This document shows positions 29,455-39,575 of a stretch of 64,000 bases of DNA, piece after piece (the first letter of the stretch is position 1; every line of letters starts with the position of its first letter). The notes under the pieces are model-generated. The model was not told where the DNA came from. It made no database searches and saw nothing but the letters and a program-made list of their open reading frames with translations. The stretch is from Pelagibacteraceae bacterium (lineage in GTDB: Bacteria > Pseudomonadota > Alphaproteobacteria > HIMB59 > GCA-002718135): the NCBI GenBank assembly GCA_017639935.1, contig JAGFWP010000030.1, positions 1,722 to 65,721 on the forward strand, written 5' to 3'. The position numbers and the translations under genes were made by a program.

Positions 29455-30378
29455 TTATTCAAAACTTGATGGATGAATAATTGAAAGGTTCCGGTCAATC
29501 AGCTTTTTATTATTTCCATCATGCTCAAATTTTATATATTCCGAAACAGTTTGTGAAGTTAGAGATTGACAGATCTCTTTATTCAAAAGTCTGCTACATG
29601 TTTTTTCTGCCTTTACACCATCAAAATAAACAATTCTCTGAGGATGAACTTTTTTGCCTTGGGTAAGTCTGTAATTTATTAAATAAGATGCGTATAATCC
29701 ATATCTTAAACTAAATTTTTTTCCTTTTCCATAAGAACGGCCTTTAAAATCAACTTTTAGCTTTCCATCAATCCATACTTTCATAAATCCTTTAACAGGA
29801 TCTGGATGCCAGTTACTATTAAAAATAATTTCAGTCCAACTACCAAATAACTCTTCATTAGGCTTTAATACTATATAAGCATTTTCATTAGGATCTCCAT
29901 GGAGAGCAAAGTGTCTATTAAATGTTAATCCTGCATGAGTTTGGTTAAACATAACTAATACTGCAAATGGATCTTCAATACTAAATTGAATTAGAGACAT
30001 TTTTGCAGGAGCAACTGAATTAAAATCTATTGGTAAATAAATATAAAATCTATACCAAGTTTCTTTTTTTGGAGATTTTTTTTTATAATAAAGTTCTGTT
30101 CTTTCTCTATCATTTTCACAATCACTCCAATTTGATTCAAAGCCACATTCACCATGATTAGACTCAAACCTAATTGATTTTTTACCTATAATTGCAAAAT
30201 CACTTACAGACACAGGATTTTTAGCTTTAGGAGAGATTAATGCATGAAAACTTTCAGGTATGGCCAGTCCATAACTGTCTTCTTTTAATGCTTTTTTAAT
30301 TTCAGAAAACTTTGTTTCAGAATAAGCATTACCACTTAATATCAAACCCAGAACCAAGATCCCTAAAAGTTTTTTCAT
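29455..30378 (-). CDS. secreted protein, concanavalin-A-like / polysaccharide-lyase-like fold (tentative)
   Basis: It has a signal peptide (LVLGLILSGNAYS). DRERTEL... and ...VWIDGKLKV... resemble the PF14099-type lyase-like family. The assignment is from memory only. Confidence 0.35.
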   Translation of the reverse strand: MKKLLGILVLGLILSGNAYSETKFSEIKKALKEDSYGLAIPESFHALISPKAKNPVSVSDFAIIGKKSIRFESNHGECGFESNWSDCENDRERTELYYKKKSPKKETWYRFYIYLPIDFNSVAPAKMSLIQFSIEDPFAVLVMFNQTHAGLTFNRHFALHGDPNENAYIVLKPNEELFGSWTEIIFNSNWHPDPVKGFMKVWIDGKLKVDFKGRSYGKGKKFSLRYGLYASYLINYRLTQGKKVHPQRIVYFDGVKAEKTCSRLLNKEICQSLTSQTVSEYIKFEHDGNNKKLIDRNLSIIHPSSFE

Positions 30379-30520
30379 GATTAAATATTATCAGAAAATT
30401 CTAGAGTGCACTATTTGATTTATCAAATATATCTAATCATATATCTAGTTCAATGAGTGTTTTTGCTGAATCTTTATGCGATTAATTTATTATGAATTGT
30501 AAATTATACTCATAACTACC

Positions 30521-30550
30521 GTGAACCAATTTTACCCAGTGTGAACCATT
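30521..30550. repeat. direct repeat GTGAACCA(A/T)T x2 with a 20-bp period, in the 204-nt spacer upstream of the secreted lyase-like gene
   Basis: The copies are GTGAACCAAT at 30521-30530 and GTGAACCATT at 30541-30550. The adjacent CTGCCAACC (30556-30564) is the reverse complement of GGTTGGCAG found in box C. Confidence 0.4.
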
Positions 30551-30582
30551 GTGTTCTGCCAACCAAAACAAGGGAACGATAA

Positions 30583-31176
30583 TTACATCAAATGACCAAG
30601 CTTCTTAACTTTTGTGTTTAAATAGCTTTTATTGTGGGTATTTGATTCTATTCTAATGGGTATTCTTCTGTTGACTTTCAGGCCTGATTTTTTGAGGGCA
30701 TCAATTTTTTTAGGATTATTTGTCATCAAATCTACAGTTTTAATTTTTAAATGATTGGCCATTGCAGATACTATTTCGTAATTTCTTTCATCATCGTTAA
30801 ATCCCAAGTGATGATTAGCCTCAACAGTATCTAATCCCTTATCTTGTAATTTGTATGCTCTAATTTTATTAGATAATCCAATTCCTCTTCCTTCCTGTTG
30901 TAAATAAAAAACAACCCCACTACCTTTTGTGGCTATAAGTTTTAGAGATTCTGTAAGTTGAAAACGACAATCACACCGCAAACTGAAAAAGGATTCTCCT
31001 GTAATGCATTGTGAGTGAATTCTTGCAAGAATGGAATCTGCTGAGTTGATATCACCTAGGGTTATTGCTAAATGATCTTTTTCAGTTTGTTTTTCTGTAA
31101 AAGCATGAACTTTAAAATCAGCTATTTCACTTGGAAGTTCGCTTGTTTCTATAAATTTTATAATGTCTTGCTGCAT
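30583..31176 (-). CDS. ribA: GTP cyclohydrolase II (monofunctional)
   Basis: The motifs ARIHSQCITGE..SLRCDC and QQEGRGIGLSNKIRAYKLQD are present. Confidence 0.92.
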   Translation of the reverse strand: MQQDIIKFIETSELPSEIADFKVHAFTEKQTEKDHLAITLGDINSADSILARIHSQCITGESFFSLRCDCRFQLTESLKLIATKGSGVVFYLQQEGRGIGLSNKIRAYKLQDKGLDTVEANHHLGFNDDERNYEIVSAMANHLKIKTVDLMTNNPKKIDALKKSGLKVNRRIPIRIESNTHNKSYLNTKVKKLGHLM

Positions 31177-31262
31177 TTAATTATTCTTGAATATTAAATA
31201 ATTTTTCTTAATTCTATCTAGTACTTTCAATCAAATTGTAAATCTATTTTTATTAACGGATT

Positions 31263-31742
31263 TTACAGTTTTGTTGGATTGAGTTTATTCCCATATATTT
31301 TATTAGCATCAAAAACCTTTTCTTTTTCTTTGAATTCCAGAACAACTTTAGATTTAATAACTGAACTTCCGAAAGGAACACTTCGATAAAAACATGATCT
31401 ATAACCAACATGGCAACTTGCCCCCCCACTGACCTTCACTCTTAACCACACGCAATCCTGGTCATCATCAATTCTTATTTCCTTTATTGTTTGAATGAAA
31501 CCGCTTTCCTTGCCTTTGTGCCACAAAGTTTTACGACTTCTGGAATAATAGACCGCCTCTCCTAATTTTATTGTTCGGGTTAAAGCCTCGCTATTCATAT
31601 AACCCTGCATCAATAATTCACCTGATTCAAAATCAGTTGTTACGACAGGAATTAAACCGTTTTCATCAAATCTCGGCGCGAATTCAGATGATTCTTCAAC
31701 CTGTTCAACGCTTTTTCTTTTTTCAAAAAAATCATCCGTCAT
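31263..31742 (-). CDS. hisI: phosphoribosyl-AMP cyclohydrolase (monofunctional)
   Basis: The motifs [30 protein letters not shown] and [12 protein letters not shown] are present. It overlaps the thrS stop by 4 nt. Confidence 0.9.
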   Translation of the reverse strand: MTDDFFEKRKSVEQVEESSEFAPRFDENGLIPVVTTDFESGELLMQGYMNSEALTRTIKLGEAVYYSRSRKTLWHKGKESGFIQTIKEIRIDDDQDCVWLRVKVSGGASCHVGYRSCFYRSVPFGSSVIKSKVVLEFKEKEKVFDANKIYGNKLNPTKL

Positions 31743-33508
31743 GATTGTTCTTTGCTGTTTGGCGGAAGAGATTCTCTAAATAAAACTTTTAAGATTTCGT
31801 CAATCTTGAATGTTTCAGTTTTTTCACTTCCCAATCTTCTTACTGAAACAGTTTTGTTTTCTGCCTCTTTTTTTCCAATCACCATGATTACCGGTATTTT
31901 AGCGGTACTGTGCTCACGTATTTTATAGCCAATTTTCTCATTACGAACATCTTTTTCAACACGAAGTCCTTTATTCCTTAATTGCTGAAAAATGTCATCG
32001 GCATAATTATCTGAGTCAGAAGTTATTGTTGCAATGACTATCTGCAAAGGCGACAGCCAAAAAGGCAAATGGCCGGCATAATGTTCAATTAAAATACCCG
32101 CAAAACGCTCTAACGAACCAAATAGCGCGCGATGCAGCATCACTGGCGTTTTCTTTTGCCCGTCTTCTCCTATGTAGGTAGCATTTAATCTTCCTGGAAG
32201 ATTTAAATCAACCTGCAGGGTGCCGCATTGCCAATCTCTTCCTATTGCATCACGCAATACAAATTCTAGTTTAGGACCGTAAAAAGCCCCGTCGCCGGGA
32301 TTAAGAGAATATTCAAGTCCGGTGGCTTCCATGGCATTTATTAAGGCCTTTTCAGCTTTATCCCATATTTCATCACTGCCAACCCGCGTTATCGGACGGT
32401 CTGAATAATTAATTCTAACGTTTTCAAATCCGAAATCCTTATAGATACTCAAGATCAAGTCACAAACAATTTTACTCTCACTAGTTATTTGATCTTCAGT
32501 GCAAAAAATATGTGCGTCATCTTGAGTGAATGCACGAACCCTCATTAATCCATGCAACGCTCCTGAAGGTTCATAACGGTGAACTTTTCCAAATTCCGCC
32601 ATACGAAGAGGAAGATCACGATAACTTTTAAGACCTTGTTTATAAATCTCTACGGCTCCAGGACAATTCATTGGTTTAATAGCAAACACACGCTCTTCCT
32701 TAGCTTCTGTGGTAAACATGTTCTCACCAAATTTTTCCCAATGTCCTGATTTTTCCCACAAGGATCGATCAAGTAAATCAGGCGTGTTCGTTTCAACATA
32801 TCCAGCGTCTTCTTGGCGTTTTCGCATATAATTAATAAGCGATTGGAACAAATACCAACCTTTTGGATGCCAAAAAACAGCGCCCGGGGCTTCTTCTTGC
32901 AAATGAAAAAGATCCATTTCTTTGCCAAGCTTTCTATGATCGCGTTTTTCAGCTTCTTCTAATCGGACCAAATATTCTTTGAGCTCTTTTTTATTCCGCC
33001 ACGCGGTACCATAGATGCGCGTAAGCATTGTTTTACTTGAATCTCCTCTCCAGTACGCACCTGCGACTTTAGTTAATTTAAAACCTTCTCCTATATCTTT
33101 TGTTGATAGGCCATGAGGGCCTCTGCACAAATCAAGCCAGCCACCCTGTTTATAAATTGTAATTTCTTCCGCTTCAGGAATATCGTTAATTAATTCAACT
33201 TTATACGTCTCTCCTTTTTTTGAGAAATAATCAATCGCCTTCTTTTGCGTCCATACTTCTCGCTTAAAGTTTTCACCTTTATTAACTATTTCACGCATTT
33301 TTTTTTCGATGACAATTAAATCATCCGAGGTAAAGGGTTTTTCTCTAAAAAAATCATAGTAAAAACCATTTTCAATTGTAGGACCGATGGTTACCTGGGT
33401 CCCCGGGTATAAACTTTGCACGGCTTCTGCCAGCACATGAGCGCAATCATGACGAATAATATCAAGCTCCTCTTCACTTTCACGGTTAATTAGCAATTCT
33501 TTATTCAT
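31739..33508 (-). CDS. thrS: threonine--tRNA ligase lacking the N-terminal TGS domain
   Basis: The sequence starts at the editing domain ([15 protein letters not shown]...[12 protein letters not shown]). Class II motifs [11 protein letters not shown] and [13 protein letters not shown] are present. There is no room upstream because the cysS stop is at 33516. Confidence 0.96.
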   Translation of the reverse strand: MNKELLINRESEEELDIIRHDCAHVLAEAVQSLYPGTQVTIGPTIENGFYYDFFREKPFTSDDLIVIEKKMREIVNKGENFKREVWTQKKAIDYFSKKGETYKVELINDIPEAEEITIYKQGGWLDLCRGPHGLSTKDIGEGFKLTKVAGAYWRGDSSKTMLTRIYGTAWRNKKELKEYLVRLEEAEKRDHRKLGKEMDLFHLQEEAPGAVFWHPKGWYLFQSLINYMRKRQEDAGYVETNTPDLLDRSLWEKSGHWEKFGENMFTTEAKEERVFAIKPMNCPGAVEIYKQGLKSYRDLPLRMAEFGKVHRYEPSGALHGLMRVRAFTQDDAHIFCTEDQITSESKIVCDLILSIYKDFGFENVRINYSDRPITRVGSDEIWDKAEKALINAMEATGLEYSLNPGDGAFYGPKLEFVLRDAIGRDWQCGTLQVDLNLPGRLNATYIGEDGQKKTPVMLHRALFGSLERFAGILIEHYAGHLPFWLSPLQIVIATITSDSDNYADDIFQQLRNKGLRVEKDVRNEKIGYKIREHSTAKIPVIMVIGKKEAENKTVSVRRLGSEKTETFKIDEILKVLFRESLPPNSKEQS

Positions 33509-33515
33509 CTAATTT

Positions 33516-34910
33516 TTATTCAATGCTTCGCCAAATGGTTCCATCTTTTGTATCTTCAATTTCAATTTTTTTATTTTTTAATTCATCACGGATCGAGTCT
33601 GCTAAAACAAAATTCTTGTCGCGTCTAGCTTCATTACGTTTTTTTATCAAGTTCTCTATAGTTTTGCTATCCAAACTTTCTGAATATCCGTATCCCAGCC
33701 ATTTATCAGGGTCCTCTTGAAGGATCCCAATCAGTTTTCCAGTTGCTAATATTTTCCCCTTAATTTTTTTCTTTTCATCCGCACTAGCATCTGAAATACT
33801 GTTTGCGAGTAAATTTAATTCTGCCAGAGCTTTTGGCGTGTTTAAATCATCGCACAAAGCTTCCATAATACTATCTGGAACGTCATACCCTTTAGAACTA
33901 GCTTCTATTTTATTTAATTCTTTTACTCCGCGATAAAGCCTTTCCAGCATTGCATTGTTTTGATTAATGGAATTAACGGTCCAGTTAAGAGGTTGTCTAT
34001 AATGAGCGGATAAAAGCGTTAACCGCAACACCTCTCCGTGGTAATTATTAATTAAATCATGCACAAGTTTTATATTGCCAATTGATTTTGACATTTTTTC
34101 GCCATCAACAATTACAAAGCCGTTATGAAACCAATATTTTGCAAAATATCGTGGATCATCAGCTTTATTATGAGCCCCGCAAGATTGCGCAATTTCATTT
34201 TCATGATGGGGAAATGTCAGATCCATACCACCGCTGTGTATATCAAAAGGCAGGCCAAGCGTCTTTTCTGACATGGTTGAACATTCTAAATGCCAACCAG
34301 GCCTGCCAAAACCCCAGGGCGAATCCCATCCTGGAAGCGGATCAGGACTAGGCTTCCATAAGACAAAGTCCGTTGGATCTTTTTTATATGGGGCAACCTC
34401 CACACGACTTCCTAAAATTTGCTCTTCTCGGTCCCGTTTTGATAAGCAACCGTATTTTTTAAATGATGGAACGTGAAATAATACGTGCCCATCTTTTTCA
34501 TAGGCGTACTCTGTTTCAATGAGTTTTTTTGTAAGTCCAATCATGTCCCCGATATATTCCGTAGCGCGTGGCTGCACATCAGGAAGAAAAACACCGAGCG
34601 CAGACATGTCTTCATTGTAAATTTTTTCAAATTTGCGAGTTAATTCCTGAAAAGGCGCTTCTGCATTTTGTGCCGCTTCGATAATTTTATCATCTATATC
34701 CGTGATGTTAGAAACATATGTAACTTTGGAGTAGAGTCTGCGAAGCAAGCGAACCAGCAAATCATTAACCACTGCCATCCGGGCATTGCCGATATGCGCA
34801 TAATCATAAACTGTAGGCCCGCAGGCGTAAATACGCACATGAGAGGAATCAACTGGTATAAACTCCTCTTTGGTATTTCCTAATGTGTTTTGAATTTTTA
34901 ATGTTGCCAT
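33516..34910 (-). CDS. cysS: cysteine--tRNA ligase
   Basis: The HIGN motif (YAHIGNAR) and the KMSKS motif (GEKMSKSIGN) are present. Confidence 0.97.
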   Translation of the reverse strand: MATLKIQNTLGNTKEEFIPVDSSHVRIYACGPTVYDYAHIGNARMAVVNDLLVRLLRRLYSKVTYVSNITDIDDKIIEAAQNAEAPFQELTRKFEKIYNEDMSALGVFLPDVQPRATEYIGDMIGLTKKLIETEYAYEKDGHVLFHVPSFKKYGCLSKRDREEQILGSRVEVAPYKKDPTDFVLWKPSPDPLPGWDSPWGFGRPGWHLECSTMSEKTLGLPFDIHSGGMDLTFPHHENEIAQSCGAHNKADDPRYFAKYWFHNGFVIVDGEKMSKSIGNIKLVHDLINNYHGEVLRLTLLSAHYRQPLNWTVNSINQNNAMLERLYRGVKELNKIEASSKGYDVPDSIMEALCDDLNTPKALAELNLLANSISDASADEKKKIKGKILATGKLIGILQEDPDKWLGYGYSESLDSKTIENLIKKRNEARRDKNFVLADSIRDELKNKKIEIEDTKDGTIWRSIE

Positions 34911-34976
34911 TGTAATTATTACTTATCTTATAGTATGCAAAAGGTGTTTGGATATTAGAAACAATTGAGAATATTA

Positions 34977-35411
34977 TTAATAATTTAATTCAATATTAAT
35001 TGGTTCGCCATGTGCGAGTTCGATTGCAGCTTTTTTGAATTTAGGCCTCCCCTTGGGAGTGTAGCCGTTGCTAAAAGCAAATCCTTCTTTGGGTCGCCAG
35101 AAAAATCCAGTTTTTAGTTCCCCGTTACCGTCCTCATCATGGTAGACAACTACCGCGATTGTGCCTTCATGTAATTTTGATAATGGAATTACCGTTTCTC
35201 CCTTAGACGCCCTCTTTCTTACAGTTTCAACAGCCATTTCTTCATTTAAAAAACTGTTTTTATCAATGTAAATTTTAACATCTATAAATCCTTCATTATG
35301 TTCAACTCCAGACACTATAATCGTTCCATGGGCGTGCGTTTTTAAGGAGAGAAAAATTATGATAACGATAAATAAAAAAAACCCTGGTAAATTTACCTTT
35401 TCTTCTTTCAT
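34977..35411 (-). CDS. secreted protein, DUF2141-like
   Basis: It has a signal/TM segment, then VVVYHDEDGNGELKTGFFWRPKEGFAFSNG, resembling the DUF2141 signature. Confidence 0.55.
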   Translation of the reverse strand: MKEEKVNLPGFFLFIVIIIFLSLKTHAHGTIIVSGVEHNEGFIDVKIYIDKNSFLNEEMAVETVRKRASKGETVIPLSKLHEGTIAVVVYHDEDGNGELKTGFFWRPKEGFAFSNGYTPKGRPKFKKAAIELAHGEPINIELNY

Positions 35412-35434
35412 AGCTAGCTATATTATTTTGGTTT

Positions 35435-36646
35435 ATGGATAATAAGGCGTATTTAAATAGATTATTTGAATCAGACAAGCCCTTAATCATATATAAGATG
35501 AATAAGGGGTTTGACGTCTACACTGACTTTTCAGATAAGGTCGTAATTAGGAAATCAAATTTAAAAAATTTCATAAAAAAAACCACCCTTTCCAGAAAAA
35601 AATATAATAAATTCTTTAACGGATACATTGGATTTTTTGGTTATGAGCTTTGCTGTGAATTAATTGGAGTAAAGATTCCAAATCAGCAATCTAATAATTT
35701 TTATAAAAGTATTTTTTACAAGCCCCAAACGGTTATCAAGATCAGAAGGAATATTAGAATTCAAAGCATTTTATCAAATTTTAAATCTTTAGATAACTTA
35801 AAGAAATCTAAAAAAAAATATGTTTATCAAAAAAAATTTAAAGTAAACTTGTCACTTGGACAATATTCCAAGCTGTTTGATAAGTTTATAAAAAAAATTA
35901 AAAGGGGAGAAACATACCAGATTAAGATTTGTCAGAAATACAGGAACAACTCAAGAATTGATCCTGTTAGATTTTTTTGGAATTTAATGAAAATAAATAA
36001 ATCACCTGAGTCATTTGTAATCAGGGATTTGGACTATTCAATCGTTAGTTGTTCGCCAGAGACATTAATAGAGAAGAAAAACAACATGATCACAACCAAG
36101 CCCATTGCCGGCACATTGAAAAGAACATCACGCACATCAAAAAATAAGGCAAAAATTTATTTTCAAAACAATGAAAAGGAAAGCAAGGAACATAATATGA
36201 TTGTGGATATGGAGCGTAATGACCTCTCTCGAATCTGTAAAAAAGGAAGCGTGAGAATTTCGAAATTAAAATATGTTGAAGAATATAAGGATCTATATCA
36301 CTACGTAACAAAAGTTGTTGGAAAATTAGATGGATCTAAAAAAATAATGGACATAATTAAAGCAATGTTGCCAGGGGGCTCTGTAATTGGCTGCCCAAAA
36401 ATCAATACCCTGAATTTACTTAACCGTCACGAAAAAGATAATAGAAATATTTACACAGGTAGCTTTGGTTATATAAAATCAAATGGAGATATGCGGTTTA
36501 ACATTATGATTCGCGCCATATTAAATTTCAAGGATGTATGTGAAATCTCCGTGGCAAGCGGCGTGGTTTGGGGCAGCACGGCCAAAAAAGAGTACCATGA
36601 AAATTTTATTAAAGCAAAATCACTTCTCGATATTTTTAAATTATGA
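35435..36646 (+). CDS. pabB: aminodeoxychorismate synthase component I (chorismate-binding enzyme, short form)
   Basis: The C-terminal chorismate-binding motifs are SPE.LIE, KPIAGT.KR, EHNMIVDMERNDL and PGGSVIGCPK. It is followed by pabA. Confidence 0.8.
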   Translation: MDNKAYLNRLFESDKPLIIYKMNKGFDVYTDFSDKVVIRKSNLKNFIKKTTLSRKKYNKFFNGYIGFFGYELCCELIGVKIPNQQSNNFYKSIFYKPQTVIKIRRNIRIQSILSNFKSLDNLKKSKKKYVYQKKFKVNLSLGQYSKLFDKFIKKIKRGETYQIKICQKYRNNSRIDPVRFFWNLMKINKSPESFVIRDLDYSIVSCSPETLIEKKNNMITTKPIAGTLKRTSRTSKNKAKIYFQNNEKESKEHNMIVDMERNDLSRICKKGSVRISKLKYVEEYKDLYHYVTKVVGKLDGSKKIMDIIKAMLPGGSVIGCPKINTLNLLNRHEKDNRNIYTGSFGYIKSNGDMRFNIMIRAILNFKDVCEISVASGVVWGSTAKKEYHENFIKAKSLLDIFKL

Positions 36647-37200
36647 TTTATTTAATTGATCATCAGGATTCATTCACGTTTAATCTGGCCCATCTTTTGG
36701 GAAATTTTGATGAAGTTTATGTATCTAATTATTTTGAAATAAATAAAAATAAATTACATCGATCATCAATGGTAGTTTTTTCTCCCGGTCCAGGAGAGCC
36801 CAGAGATTATCCAAAATCTAGCTCTATTTACTTTCAAATGAAGGGAAAGAAAAAAATTTTAGGAATATGCTTAGGTTTTCAGCAAATATTATTTAATGAA
36901 AGGGGGAAAATAACCCAACAAGAGAACGTTTATCATGGCTTTCAATCCAAAATTAAAGTTTTAAATAACAGCAAGATTTTTAAAAGAAATAAAATATTTT
37001 CAGTCGGAAGGTACCACTCTTTAAGATTATACGAGCCCTATGACTCCAAGGACATTCAAATTACCATGCGCTGCGTGCAAAGCAATGTGGCAATGGCTAT
37101 TGAGGATCACAAAAATAAAGTATTTGGTTTTCAATTTCATCCGGAATCTTTTTTAACAAAAAATGGCAAACATTTTATTCAAAAAATCATATCTGCATAA
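36643..37200 (+). CDS. pabA: aminodeoxychorismate/anthranilate synthase glutamine amidotransferase component
   Basis: The motifs GICLGFQ (catalytic Cys), GRYHSL and GFQFHPES are present. The overlap with pabB is ATGA. Confidence 0.85.
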   Translation: MIYLIDHQDSFTFNLAHLLGNFDEVYVSNYFEINKNKLHRSSMVVFSPGPGEPRDYPKSSSIYFQMKGKKKILGICLGFQQILFNERGKITQQENVYHGFQSKIKVLNNSKIFKRNKIFSVGRYHSLRLYEPYDSKDIQITMRCVQSNVAMAIEDHKNKVFGFQFHPESFLTKNGKHFIQKIISA

Positions 37201-37921
37201 AACTTTTGATAAAATTCCTTATGAAAGTTTGTGGAACACCAAGGGCGCCTTTACAACCATTAGACTGATTGGTTCACCGCCTAAGTTTCTTTTTTTGAAG
37301 GATCATTTAAATAATTTAAATGGATCAATTAAAAAAATAAATATCGATTTTATTTTAAAATCATCAACACTTGAAAACCTATTAAGAAATAAAATAAAAA
37401 CTAATGTCAAATACGACCATCTTCTTCGAATGGCTGTTAATAGTAAGAAAATTTCAATTACCCTTCGTAAGCGTTTGAAATGTGCTGCGCCTTTAAAGGG
37501 AATTCTAGTTAATTATCAACGACCAAATCCATCAATAAAAAATTTGTACTATAAGAAGATATTTGGATATTTAAAAAAAATTAATTCTGAATATTGCGAG
37601 GTAATATTAATGAATAAAAAAAATATTTTAGAGGGATGCACGACTAATATTATTTGTGTAAAAAATAAAAAGTTATACTTACCTAAAACTAAATATTATT
37701 TTGGCACCACTCTTCAATTCATAGCACGCTACACCAAAAGAAAAATTGTTAAAAAAAATATCAATGTAAAGGATTTAAATTTTTTTGATGAAATTCTACT
37801 TACGGGATCAGGCAAGGGGATAGCAAAAATTCAAAGTATTCCACAAGTAAAATGGAATAGTAAATCAAGTGTTATTTTTAAAGAATTACATGATTTATAT
37901 AACTCGTATATAACACAGTAA
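37163..37921 (+). CDS. pabC: aminodeoxychorismate lyase-like (class IV aminotransferase fold)
   Basis: ILEGCTTNIICVKNKKLYLP resembles the EG.tsN motif of fold-type IV enzymes, and it lies between pabA and folP. It overlaps pabA by 38 nt. Confidence 0.55.
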   Translation: MANILFKKSYLHKTFDKIPYESLWNTKGAFTTIRLIGSPPKFLFLKDHLNNLNGSIKKINIDFILKSSTLENLLRNKIKTNVKYDHLLRMAVNSKKISITLRKRLKCAAPLKGILVNYQRPNPSIKNLYYKKIFGYLKKINSEYCEVILMNKKNILEGCTTNIICVKNKKLYLPKTKYYFGTTLQFIARYTKRKIVKKNINVKDLNFFDEILLTGSGKGIAKIQSIPQVKWNSKSSVIFKELHDLYNSYITQ

Positions 37922-37922
37922 A

Positions 37923-38744
37923 TTGAAACTTAATCGATCACAACTCACTATCAAATATCCCGCCATTATGGGCATTTGCAATATTACTAAAGATTCCTTC
38001 AGTGATGGTGGACTTAATTATAAAAAAAAAGATGCCTTAAAAAACATAAAACATATGCTGAAAAATGGCGCAAGTATCATTGATATTGGGGCTGAGAGCA
38101 CAAGACCGGGGAGCGATCCGATTTCTTACAAAGAGGAGATCAAAAGACTAGATCCCATACTAAAAGTTTTACCAAAAAATAAATTTCTTATATCCGTTGA
38201 TACCAATAAAACCGAGACTCAGGAATTTGCACTCAGCCAAGGCGTCCATATAATCAATGATATTTTTGGCGGAAGCACTGATTTGTTTGATCTTTCAAAA
38301 AAATATAAGAACGGGCTTGTTTTAATGCATACACCAGCCCCACCAAAAATTATGCAACAAAAAACTACAGAATATAAAGATGTCGTTGAAGATATAAAAA
38401 AGTTTTTTAAGCAAAAACTCAAACAAATTGACAAAGTCAGAATTCCACAAAATAAAATATGGTTTGATCCAGGAATCGGATTTGGAAAAAATTTAAAGCA
38501 AAATTTATTAATTTTTAAAAATATAAGAAAATTAAAATTACAAAAATGTGGTTTATTGCTTGGAGCATCAAGAAAAAGCTGGATAAGCGGAATGGATGAT
38601 TCTCCCATTGAAAAAAGACTCGGAGGGTCTATAGCTTCTGTACTTTATTGTCTCGATCAAGGAGTGGGCGTTTTTAGGGTCCATGATGTTTTTGAAACGA
38701 GACAGGCAATTGAGGTCTATAAAAGAATTTCATGTTTACGGTAA
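37923..38744 (+). CDS. folP: dihydropteroate synthase
   Basis: The motifs GICNITKDSFSDGG, IIDIGAESTRPG and a C-terminal RVHDV are present. The start is TTG. Confidence 0.92.
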   Translation: MKLNRSQLTIKYPAIMGICNITKDSFSDGGLNYKKKDALKNIKHMLKNGASIIDIGAESTRPGSDPISYKEEIKRLDPILKVLPKNKFLISVDTNKTETQEFALSQGVHIINDIFGGSTDLFDLSKKYKNGLVLMHTPAPPKIMQQKTTEYKDVVEDIKKFFKQKLKQIDKVRIPQNKIWFDPGIGFGKNLKQNLLIFKNIRKLKLQKCGLLLGASRKSWISGMDDSPIEKRLGGSIASVLYCLDQGVGVFRVHDVFETRQAIEVYKRISCLR

Positions 38745-39076
38745 AAATTAGCAAGTTAAAAGTTCGTACCAAGATAGGAGTTTATGCTACCGAGAACACA
38801 AAATCGCAACTATTACTTGTAACGCTTAAGTTTTCCTACAAAGTTCATAAGAACAAAAATGCGGACAGCATTGGTAATTTAAAAAGTTATTCCGAAGTAA
38901 AACATTTCATAAAAAAATACATTGAATCTTCAAGATACAAAACATTGGAAAAATTAATCATTGAAAGTTCCAAAGCGTTAAAGAAAAAATTTAGAATTCA
39001 AAACATTTCTTTGGAAGTTGAAAAACCAGAAACCGCGAAAAAATACGGGTGTCTTTCAGTAAGTGTCACTAAATAA
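38732..39076 (+). CDS. folB: dihydroneopterin aldolase
   Basis: Its size of 114 aa, the N-terminal pattern KISKLKVRTKIGVYATE and its position between folP and folK all fit folB. Confidence 0.7.
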   Translation: MFTVKISKLKVRTKIGVYATENTKSQLLLVTLKFSYKVHKNKNADSIGNLKSYSEVKHFIKKYIESSRYKTLEKLIIESSKALKKKFRIQNISLEVEKPETAKKYGCLSVSVTK

Positions 39077-39575
39077 AGCATTTATCTCTCTGGGTGCCAA
39101 TGTTGGCAATTGGAAAAATAATTTTAATCAATCCTTCATTCAAATAAATAAAATAGGTCATATTACTAATTTTGGTTCTGTGTACTTGTCCAATCCTTAC
39201 GGCTTTAAAGATCAAAATTTTTTTTATAATACGGCAATCGAACTGACAACAACATTAGGCGCTGTGAAATTAATGGAAGAGTTGAAAATTATTGAAAAGA
39301 AAATTCACAAAAATAAATTATTTACAAATGGACCACGTCGTATTGACCTGGATATTATTTTTTTCAATAAAATGATAATTAAGAATAAATTCGTATCAAT
39401 ACCCCATCCTCGGGCCCATTTGCGTGATTTTGTGTTATTTCCAATTTATGATATGAATCCTTTTTTTACACATCCTTCAATGAAGAAAACGATTAAGGAA
39501 CTGATCAATAATTTAGAAGAAAGATATATATTTAAAAAAGTCAACCGACAGAAAGACTCTGTATTAATTTATTGA
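39063..39575 (+). CDS. folK: 2-amino-4-hydroxy-6-hydroxymethyldihydropteridine pyrophosphokinase
   Basis: The motifs AFISLGANVGN, GPRRIDLDIIFF and IPHPR are present. The start is GTG. Confidence 0.85.
   Translation: MSLNKAFISLGANVGNWKNNFNQSFIQINKIGHITNFGSVYLSNPYGFKDQNFFYNTAIELTTTLGAVKLMEELKIIEKKIHKNKLFTNGPRRIDLDIIFFNKMIIKNKFVSIPHPRAHLRDFVLFPIYDMNPFFTHPSMKKTIKELINNLEERYIFKKVNRQKDSVLIY

Noticed and set aside
30379-30582. A tRNA or other small RNA gene in the 204-nt spacer, prompted by the GGTTCAC strings on the minus strand.
   Set aside because: No cloverleaf can be drawn: there is no acceptor-stem complementarity and no GTTCGAATC-type T-loop. The strings are better described as a 20-bp-period direct repeat.
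31177-31262. A possible FMN riboswitch upstream of ribA.
   Set aside because: The spacer is only 86 nt, extremely AT-rich, and shows none of the conserved GC-rich helices expected of an FMN aptamer.
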